NCBI GenBank assembly: GCA_018713965.1
Contig: DVNZ01000133.1
Location: forward strand, 1 to 29,871
Length of the DNA stretch: 29,871 bases
From: Candidatus Aphodomorpha intestinavium
GTDB taxonomy: Bacteria; Bacillota; Clostridia; Christensenellales; CAG-138
Direction of reading: 5' to 3'
Shown piece by piece: positions 8,698 through 15,491 of the stretch; position 1 is the first letter of the stretch; every line of letters starts with the position of its first letter. A program made the translations under genes and the position numbers. The notes beneath the pieces were generated by a model that was given only the letters and a program-made list of their open reading frames with translations, was not told the DNA's origin and searched no databases.

Positions 8698-9477
8698 CTA
8701 CTCCGTAACCTCGTCCATAAAGGCGTATGCGTCGTCGTCCCCATCGTCGCGCAGCGCGCCCGCGCGCACCGTGATGGGCGCAAACGGCGCGCCCTGGCGC
8801 ACGTGCGCCTCGCCGCGGGCGAGCATGTCCAGCAGCGCCATGAACGTCACGATGATCTCCAGCTTGTCCGCCCCGGGCGAAAACAGCGCTTCAAACGGCA
8901 CCGGCCCGTCCGCGCCGCGCAGCCGGCTGCGGATGGCCGCCAGGCAGCCGCGCACGGTATACCGGTCCGGATGGACGTCGTGCAGCTCGTTCAGGCGCGG
9001 CTCCTCCGCCCGGCGGGCGAGCAGTTCGCGCAGCGCCCGATACAGCCCGTCCTGCGTCGCGCCCGTCAGCTCCACGCGCGGCGGCGGCAGCGGCACGTCC
9101 TCCGGCAGGCGCGTGAAGCTGTCGCGCGCGCTTTGCAGCAGCGCCTGCAGCTCGCCGCCGGCCTCCTTGAACGCCTTGTATTCCCGCAGCTGGCGGATGA
9201 GCGCCTGCTCCGGGTCCTCCTGCGCGTCCTCCGCCTCCTCGCGCGGCGGGCGCGGCAGCAGGTGGCGCGACTTGATGTACAGGAGCGTGGCGGCCATGGC
9301 GAGAAAGTCGCTGGCCGTGTCCATATCCACCTCGTCGAGCTGATCCATATAGGACAGGTACTGCTGCGTGATCTCGGACACGAAGATATCGGCGATGTCG
9401 ATCTCCGCGCGGCCGATCAGGTGCAGCAGCAGGTCGAGCGGCCCGTCGAACTGGCGGATGTGGACGCGATAGGCCAT
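8698..9477 (-). CDS. scpA: segregation and condensation protein A (kleisin)
   Basis: FDGPLDLLLHLI, ITQQYL, FLAMAATLLYIKSRHLLP, IIVTFMALLDM. Confidence 0.93.
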   Translation of the reverse strand: MAYRVHIRQFDGPLDLLLHLIGRAEIDIADIFVSEITQQYLSYMDQLDEVDMDTASDFLAMAATLLYIKSRHLLPRPPREEAEDAQEDPEQALIRQLREYKAFKEAGGELQALLQSARDSFTRLPEDVPLPPPRVELTGATQDGLYRALRELLARRAEEPRLNELHDVHPDRYTVRGCLAAIRSRLRGADGPVPFEALFSPGADKLEIIVTFMALLDMLARGEAHVRQGAPFAPITVRAGALRDDGDDDAYAFMDEVTE

Positions 9478-9493
9478 GGCGCGCCTCCCCCCG

Positions 9494-10168
9494 TCAGGCG
9501 AACAGGCCCACGATGGCCCACGCCGCCTCCGACATCCAGCCGTAGAACCAGTTCACCGCCGGCGAGAGCACCCGCGAGACGAGCCCCAGCAAGACGCAGG
9601 CCAGCAGGATATACTCCCCGTAGCGCTGCAGGAACAAGCACAGCTTCAGAAAACGCCGCATGCACAGGCAGAAGAGCACATGGGAGCCGTCCAGCGGAGA
9701 GAGCGGGATGAGGTTGAACACCATGAGCGACAGGTTGACCACGACGATATTGTCCATCACCAGCAGGAACGCCCATGAGCCGAACAGCGACGGCACCAGC
9801 CGCAGCAGCGCGGACGTGAGCAGCAGGAACGCAAAGGCGGTGAGGAAATTCATCGTGACGCCGGCAAGCGACACGATGATGTCGTCGCGCCGGTAATGCC
9901 GGAAATTGCGCGGCGAGATGGGCACGGGCTTGGCCCAGCCGTACCCGAACAGCATGAGGCACAGAAAGCCCAGCAGGTCGAAATGGGCCAGGGGATTGAG
10001 CGTCAGGCGGCCCAGGTTGCGGGCCGTCGGGTCGCCAAGGCGGAAGGCGGCATAGGCGTGCGCCCACTCGTGCACGGTCAGCCCGATGCACACCGCCGGC
10101 AGCGACAGCACCAGCCCACGCAGCATGGAAAGCGGGTCGCTGAACCACCCTGACACATAGCTGAACAA
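9494..10168 (-). CDS. site-2 protease family (M50) membrane metalloprotease
   Basis: HEWAH, GDPTARNLGRLTLNPLAHFD, GWAKPVP, FNLIPLSPLDGSH. Several transmembrane segments; TTG start. Confidence 0.92.
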   Translation of the reverse strand: MFSYVSGWFSDPLSMLRGLVLSLPAVCIGLTVHEWAHAYAAFRLGDPTARNLGRLTLNPLAHFDLLGFLCLMLFGYGWAKPVPISPRNFRHYRRDDIIVSLAGVTMNFLTAFAFLLLTSALLRLVPSLFGSWAFLLVMDNIVVVNLSLMVFNLIPLSPLDGSHVLFCLCMRRFLKLCLFLQRYGEYILLACVLLGLVSRVLSPAVNWFYGWMSEAAWAIVGLFA

Positions 10169-10219
10169 ACGGAACCCCTCGCTTTACGGGCAACGCCAAT
10201 GTCGCCAAAATCAATTTTC

Positions 10220-10248
10220 ATTATACGGGAAAACGCGGCGGGATGCAA
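10220..10248 (-). promoter_or_regulatory. sigma-A-type promoter for site-2 protease-scpA-scpB
   Basis: TTGCAT-17 nt-TATAAT. Confidence 0.75.
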
Positions 10249-10257
10249 CTTTGGCGT

Positions 10258-11409
10258 TCACAGCCCGGCGGGCAGGCCGAAAAAGCTGCGCACGATCGCG
10301 CGCAGGATGTCCGTCAGCGCAAATGCCGGCACGTCCGCCGCCGGGTACAGCGGCGCCTCGGCCACGAGCGCGCCCGCGGCGTCAAAAAAGCGGACGGTCC
10401 CCACCGCCGTATCCGCCGACAGCGGCGCGCACAGCGGCTGCGGCGCCTCCGCCGCCGCCTGCGGCGCGGCGTCCGCGCGCGGCAGCAGCAGCGATACGTC
10501 CCCGCGCACGACCAGGTCGACCGTGCGCGCCGCGCCGTCCTGCACCGATGCGTCCTCCACCACGGCGTCGCCCGCGCGAAGGAGCGTCTCCACGCGGTAG
10601 GAGGCAAACCCGTAATCCAGCAGCGCCGAAGCCGCGGCCGTGCGCGCGGCCGGGTCGTCCGCGCCGATGACCACGGCGATGAACGCCGTGCCGGAGCGCA
10701 CGGCGGCGAACACGCCGCAGTACCCGTCCTCTGCGGACGAGCCGGTGAGCAGCCCCACGCAGCCGGCATAGCTGCGCACGAGCTGGTTGGCGCTCACAAG
10801 ATCCGTCTGCCGCCCGTCGGCATGCGCGAGCCGCTCATAGTACAGCGCGCTGTAGCGCAGAAACGTCCCGCTCTGCGCGGCCGCCGCGCCGAGCACGGCC
10901 AGCTCCCGCGCCGAGAGCGCGAGCCCCGTGCCCAGCGCGTCCGTCACGGTGCGGCCGATGCCAAGGCCGGCGAGCGTATCGTTGACCGCCTCCACAAACG
11001 CGGCCTCGGAGCCGAACGCCCCCTCGCCAAGCGTCACGATCGCATCCCCGGCGGAGATCATCACGGCGGCCTTCATCAGCTCGTCGGCGGCCATCTGCTC
11101 GCCGCTTTCCAAAAAGGCCGTCGGCCCGCCGATGCCCGCGGCGCGCTCGCTCACGCGCAGCGCCGCCGCGCCGTCGAGCGCGCCTGCGTCGAACGCGCGC
11201 GCAAGCGTGAGCAGCGCCGGCAGGCGGGCGAGCCCGGCCACCTGGCGCGCCTGCTCCTCGCCGCTGCCGCAGAGCAGGACCCCGCCCGTCCCATCCGTCA
11301 GCGCCGCCGCGTCCACATCCTCCGGCATCGTCCACTCCGCCGCGCGCGCCGCGCGCGGCGGCAGGCACAGCGCCAGGACCAGCAGCAGCGGCAGCATCCG
11401 TCTGGCCAT
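10258..11409 (-). CDS. DacF-like D-alanyl-D-alanine carboxypeptidase homolog (S11 plus PBP5 C-domain), predicted catalytically inactive
   Basis: Signal peptide; FLESGEQM..DELMKA, NQLVRSYAG..GL.TG, ALLDYGFASY, APLSADTAVG. SxxK reads GLAR, SxN reads SAG, KTG reads LTG. Confidence 0.85.
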   Translation of the reverse strand: MARRMLPLLLVLALCLPPRAARAAEWTMPEDVDAAALTDGTGGVLLCGSGEEQARQVAGLARLPALLTLARAFDAGALDGAAALRVSERAAGIGGPTAFLESGEQMAADELMKAAVMISAGDAIVTLGEGAFGSEAAFVEAVNDTLAGLGIGRTVTDALGTGLALSARELAVLGAAAAQSGTFLRYSALYYERLAHADGRQTDLVSANQLVRSYAGCVGLLTGSSAEDGYCGVFAAVRSGTAFIAVVIGADDPAARTAAASALLDYGFASYRVETLLRAGDAVVEDASVQDGAARTVDLVVRGDVSLLLPRADAAPQAAAEAPQPLCAPLSADTAVGTVRFFDAAGALVAEAPLYPAADVPAFALTDILRAIVRSFFGLPAGL

Positions 11410-11430
11410 GCAAAAACCCCCTTCCGGCAC

Positions 11431-11460
11431 CAGTATATGCCAAAAAAGGGGGCTGCATGT
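11431..11460 (-). promoter_or_regulatory. possible sporulation-sigma promoter for the dac-like gene (sigma F/G or E/K type, ambiguous)
   Basis: Minus strand ACATG-15 nt-GCATATACTG in the deoB-dac gap. The -10 region fits well; the -35 fits only partly. Confidence 0.35.
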
Positions 11461-11487
11461 ATCGCCCGGCGGCGCATGGCCGCGCCG

Positions 11488-12666
11488 TCAGTCCCGCCAG
11501 ATCTCCCGCAGGAAGGACGTCCCCGTCCGCCAGGCGCTGCCGGTCAGATGCTCGTAGACCGTGGCGCCGATGTCGGCAAACGTGCTGCGCGTGCCCAGGT
11601 TCACGCCCGCGCGCACGCGCGGCCCAGCGGCCACGAGCGGGATGTATTCGCGCGTATGGTCGGTGCCGGGGGTGGTCGGGTCGCACCCGTGGTCGGCCGT
11701 GACCATCAGCAGGTCGCCCTCGCGCAGGGCGCCCAGCATGGCCGGCAGCGCCGTGTCGAACGCCTCGAGCGCGGCGGCGTAGCCCTCCACGTCGTTGCGG
11801 TGGCCGTAGAGCATGTCAAAATCGACGAGGTTGGCGAAGATGAACGCGCCCTCGCCCGATTCGAGGAAGCGCTGCGTCGCGGCGATGCCGGCCGGGTTGT
11901 TGCGCGTGTGATCCACGACCGTGACGCCGCGATGGCAGAAGATATCCTCGATCTTGCCGATGCCGACGACCGGCAGCCCGACGCGGTCAAGCGCGTCCAA
12001 AATGGTGTCGGAAAACGGCGGCATCGCATAGTCGCGCCGGTTCTCGGTGCGCGTATATGCGCCGCTGCCGCCGATAAACGGCCTTGCGATGACGCGGCCC
12101 ACGAGATACTCGCCGGTGAGCATGGCCCGCGCCGTCTCGCAGATGCGGTACAGCTCCTCGAGCGGGATGACCTGCTCGTGCGCGGCGATCTGGAACACGC
12201 TGTCGGCCGAGGTGTAGACGATGGGGCTGCCGGTGCGCACATGCTCGTCGCCCAGGCGCTGGATGATCTCCGTCCCGCTGGCCACGCAGTTGCCGAGCGT
12301 GCCGCGGCCGATGGCCTGCTCGAACCGGCGCATCAGCTCCGCGGGAAAGCCGTCCGGATAGGTGCGGAACGGCTCGTCCAGCGGCAGCCCGGCCATCTCC
12401 CAATGGCCGCAGGTGGTATCCTTGGCGTGCGTGCGCTCGGCGCAGCGCCCAAAGGCGCCAGCCGGGTGCGCCACGGCGTCCGGCAGCCCGCTGCCCTCGA
12501 TGTTGGCAAGGCCCAGCCGGTACAGGTTCGGCAGCTCCAGCCGCCCGCGCACGCGCCGGATGTTGCCGATGGTGTTCACGTCCGCCCCGTCGCCAAAGGC
12601 GGCCGCGTCCGGCATGGCGCCGATGCCGGCGCTGTCCAGCACGATCACGATCGCGCGTTTCTGCAT
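11488..12666 (-). CDS. deoB: phosphopentomutase
   Basis: IVLDSAGIG, KDTTCGHWEMAG, YTSADSVFQIAAHE, GRVIARPF, NLVDFDMLYGHRND, TADHGCDPT, DHTREY. Confidence 0.97.
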   Translation of the reverse strand: MQKRAIVIVLDSAGIGAMPDAAAFGDGADVNTIGNIRRVRGRLELPNLYRLGLANIEGSGLPDAVAHPAGAFGRCAERTHAKDTTCGHWEMAGLPLDEPFRTYPDGFPAELMRRFEQAIGRGTLGNCVASGTEIIQRLGDEHVRTGSPIVYTSADSVFQIAAHEQVIPLEELYRICETARAMLTGEYLVGRVIARPFIGGSGAYTRTENRRDYAMPPFSDTILDALDRVGLPVVGIGKIEDIFCHRGVTVVDHTRNNPAGIAATQRFLESGEGAFIFANLVDFDMLYGHRNDVEGYAAALEAFDTALPAMLGALREGDLLMVTADHGCDPTTPGTDHTREYIPLVAAGPRVRAGVNLGTRSTFADIGATVYEHLTGSAWRTGTSFLREIWRD

Positions 12667-12710
12667 GGATGATCACGCTCCTTTTCGGGGGCGCCGCCCC
12701 CTTTCAAACA

Positions 12711-12739
12711 AGTGTATCATCGCGCGCGCGGGCCGTCAA
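12711..12739 (-). promoter_or_regulatory. sigma-A-type promoter for deoB
   Basis: TTGACG-17 nt-TACACT with TGn. The -35 overlaps the spoIIM stop codon. Confidence 0.65.
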
Positions 12740-13296
12740 CGTGCAAGCGCATACAGCAGCAGCGGCAGCAGCGCCGTCTCGAGCGCGGCGATGAGCAGCA
12801 GCGTCGCCCCCAGGTGCAGCCCCTCCGCAAGCGGCGGCGCGCCGCGCCGAGGCGCGCGCAGGCAGCGGATGGCGAACGCCGCAAGGCGCAGCGCCGCCGG
12901 CAGCAGCGGCGCCTGCGTCAGCGCGAACAGCAGCCACAGCACGGGGCTTTGCAGCAGCGCGCACAGCGCCGCCGCCGCGCCCGCGGCAAAGCCGCGCAGC
13001 GCCACGCAGAGCATCCACAGCGGCACCGTCCACGCCTGGAGCCCGCTAAACAGGATCGCGCAGGCCCATGCCCCCTCGTGCAGCAGCGAAACCGCCGCCA
13101 CGGCCAGCAGGCGCGGCGCGCTCCCGCCCGCGAGCAGCGCCCGCGCCGCATCGAGCAACGCGTCGCCCAGCAGCGGCCGGCAGGCCGCATAGCCGCAGGC
13201 GGCGCCCAGCATGAAGAAAAAGAAAAAGGCGACGCAGGATGGCAGGTTCTCCCGCCAGAACTGCGCCGCCCTCTGTTGCAGTCCGAACTCCCGCAT
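12736..13296 (-). CDS. spoIIM: divergent SpoIIM-like membrane protein (stage II sporulation protein M)
   Basis: Multi-pass hydrophobic protein with F.LGA.CG, LRGF..G and AALET patterns. Position between spo0A and deoB; sigma-E-like promoter upstream. Confidence 0.65.
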   Translation of the reverse strand: MREFGLQQRAAQFWRENLPSCVAFFFFFMLGAACGYAACRPLLGDALLDAARALLAGGSAPRLLAVAAVSLLHEGAWACAILFSGLQAWTVPLWMLCVALRGFAAGAAAALCALLQSPVLWLLFALTQAPLLPAALRLAAFAIRCLRAPRRGAPPLAEGLHLGATLLLIAALETALLPLLLYALAR

Positions 13297-13301
13297 ACAC
13301 A

Positions 13302-13330
13302 AGCGTATGCGGGCTTGTACGCGCGTATGC
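13302..13330 (-). promoter_or_regulatory. sigma-E-type promoter for spoIIM
   Basis: GCATACG-14 nt-CATACGCT, matching (G/T)CATA..-14-CATAcanT geometry. Confidence 0.65.
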
Positions 13331-13342
13331 CCGCGCCGCGCG

Positions 13343-14128
13343 TCAATCCCAGCGTGAAACGCCCTGCGTCGGCCGCAGGCGCACCTGCTCGGCCATGCGC
13401 GCGATGAACTCCGCATTGCCCGGCTTGCCGCGCTGCGCGTTGACCGAATAGCCGAAGCGCTCGTGGATCGCGGCGAGGTCGCCGTGCGACCACGCGTATT
13501 CGATGGAGCTGCGGATGGCGTGCTCCACCACGCGGCCGTGGCAGCCGTACGCCTCCCCGATGCGCGGATATATGTCGCGCGTGATGCGGATGGAGGCGGG
13601 CTGGCCCGACTCGGCGTAGAGGCGCACGGCGTCGCGCAGCATGTAATACCCGCGGTGATGCGCCGGCACGCCGATGCCCAGCAGCTCGCAGGAGATGCGG
13701 CGCTCGAGGATGGAGACGCTGTCAAACCCGACGGAAAGGCCGCGCTGCCGCTCGTTCTGCATGCCCTCCTGCAGCACGCGCAGCACCAGCAGCTCCGGCA
13801 GGTACGGCCTGATGAAGCAGCGCACCGTGTCGCCCGCCCACGGGGCCAGCAGCCGGTCCTCGGTGTATGGCGTGATGAGGAACAGCAGCGGCCGCCGCCG
13901 CTCCGGCAGCGCGTTGAGCGCCGCAAGCACCGGCTGGCCCTGCGCGCTGTCGAGCATCATCTCCAGCACCAGGATGTCCACGCGCCCCTGTTCGAGCAGG
14001 CGCAGCACCGTGGCGGCGTCGCCCGTGGGCGGCAGCAGGGTGATCTCCTCCAGGCCGCTGAACGCCTCCGCCAGCGCGGCGCGCTCCCGCTCGGATCTGA
14101 AGGCGAGCAGCAGATTGCGCTTCTCCAT
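13343..14128 (-). CDS. spo0A: Spo0A-family regulator with atypical (pseudo-)receiver domain
   Basis: C-domain LGIGVPAHHRGYYMLRDAV, IYPRIG..Y, VEHAIRSSIEYAWSHG, RGKPGNAEFIARMAEQVRL. Directly downstream of spoIVB. N-terminal receiver-like domain has E56 at the phospho-Asp position. Confidence 0.85.
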   Translation of the reverse strand: MEKRNLLLAFRSERERAALAEAFSGLEEITLLPPTGDAATVLRLLEQGRVDILVLEMMLDSAQGQPVLAALNALPERRRPLLFLITPYTEDRLLAPWAGDTVRCFIRPYLPELLVLRVLQEGMQNERQRGLSVGFDSVSILERRISCELLGIGVPAHHRGYYMLRDAVRLYAESGQPASIRITRDIYPRIGEAYGCHGRVVEHAIRSSIEYAWSHGDLAAIHERFGYSVNAQRGKPGNAEFIARMAEQVRLRPTQGVSRWD

Positions 14129-14162
14129 CGTCATCCCCCTCGTGTCGGCGCACCGGCGGCGC

Positions 14163-15392
14163 TCAGGAAGCCTGCTCCCCGATCTGCCGGTACATCCATT
14201 CGGCATAAATGCAATATCCCTTGGCCGGGTCGTTCACGAACACATGCGTGACCACCCCGACGAGTTTCCCATCCTGCAATACAGGGCTGCCGCTCATGCC
14301 CTGCACGATGCCGCCGGTCTCGGCGAGCAGCTGCTCGTCCGTCACCTCGACGACCATGCCCTTTGTCGCCGGGCCCTGCTGCGCGCTGACGCGGACGATG
14401 CTGCACGCATAGGGCCGGACCCCGCCGTCCGACACCGTGGCAAGGAGCGTGGCCGGGCCCTCGTGCGCCTCATACGCGTAGGCCAGCGGCACCGCGCCCG
14501 CGCCGTCGGGCGTTTCCAAAAGCGGTCCGTAGACGCCGTACTCGGTGTTGCGCGCAATGCTGCCAAGCGGCGCATCCGTGGCGGAGAACACGCCCAGCAG
14601 CTCGCCGGGCTCCCCCGCCTGGCCGCGCGTGACGCCGACGATCTCCGCCGGGACGATCCGCCCCTCGCGCACGGTCAGCGTGGAGTGGGTGTCCACGTCC
14701 GATATGGCGTGCCCCAGCGCCGCGAACCAGCCCGATTCCGCATCGTAAAACGACAGCGTGCCGACGCCCGCGGTGCTGTCGCGGACCCACAGGCCCAGGC
14801 GGTATTCGCCCGCGGCGGAATCGAGCGCCGGGCGCACGGAGAGGCTCAGCTCCCGCCCCTCGCGCTCGATCACGAGCGGCACGCTGCCCTCGTGGCGCGC
14901 GCACAGCGCCGCCAGGTGCGCCGAATCGCGCAGCTCCTCGTCCAGGGCGCGCACGATCACATCGCCGGGCTGCAGGCCCGCGGCGCTGCCGGGGCTGACC
15001 GGACCGCCCGCCGTCTCCACGGAGCCCAGGCCCACCACGAGCACGCCGCGCGTATACAGCGTGATGCCCACGGCGCTGCCGCCCGGGACCAGCTGCGTCT
15101 GCTCGGTGCGCACGACCTGCACCGTGCGCAGCGGCACCACGCCCAGGAAGCGGAACGTATACGTCTCGCCCCCGGTCACATCCGACAGGCGCTCGGCCTG
15201 CTGCACGTCCACCGCCGCCGCGCCGCCATCGGCGCCAAACAGCGCGCTCACGCCGCTGCCGCCGGTCAGGTACAGCGTCTCGGGCAGGGCGCGGATCTGC
15301 CGCATCCTGTCGGAATAGTTGACTGCAAACAGCAGCGCGGCGGCGCAGAGCGCCGCAAACTGAATACTCCACCGGAAAACCCGTTTGCGCAA
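14163..15392 (-). CDS. spoIVB: SpoIVB serine peptidase (PDZ plus S55)
   Basis: LVPGGSAVGI, GLQPGDVI (PDZ), LGLWVRDSTAGVGTLSFY, ALGHAISD, GGIVQGMSGSPVLQDGKLVGVVTHVFVNDP. TTG start after GAGGTG. Confidence 0.96.
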   Translation of the reverse strand: MRKRVFRWSIQFAALCAAALLFAVNYSDRMRQIRALPETLYLTGGSGVSALFGADGGAAAVDVQQAERLSDVTGGETYTFRFLGVVPLRTVQVVRTEQTQLVPGGSAVGITLYTRGVLVVGLGSVETAGGPVSPGSAAGLQPGDVIVRALDEELRDSAHLAALCARHEGSVPLVIEREGRELSLSVRPALDSAAGEYRLGLWVRDSTAGVGTLSFYDAESGWFAALGHAISDVDTHSTLTVREGRIVPAEIVGVTRGQAGEPGELLGVFSATDAPLGSIARNTEYGVYGPLLETPDGAGAVPLAYAYEAHEGPATLLATVSDGGVRPYACSIVRVSAQQGPATKGMVVEVTDEQLLAETGGIVQGMSGSPVLQDGKLVGVVTHVFVNDPAKGYCIYAEWMYRQIGEQAS

Positions 15393-15428
15393 AGCCAGAG
15401 CACCTCAACATGCAGGATCCGCCGTCCA

Positions 15429-15435
15429 TTCGACA
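15429..15435 (-). promoter_or_regulatory. Spo0A box (0A box) upstream of spoIVB-spo0A
   Basis: TTTGTCGAAT on the minus strand, containing a perfect TGTCGAA, in the recN-spoIVB intergenic region. Confidence 0.55.
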
Positions 15436-15491
15436 AATAGAACGGCTGGCTCTATGTTGCGCAAAGCGGCGCTCCGCTATGCCGCCCTTTG

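Noticed and set aside
14196-14225. sigma-H-like promoter for spo0A inside the spoIVB 3' end (AAGGGATAT...GCCGAAT)
   Set aside because: Spacing is short and the sequence is dictated by the conserved GYxIYxEWM coding motif
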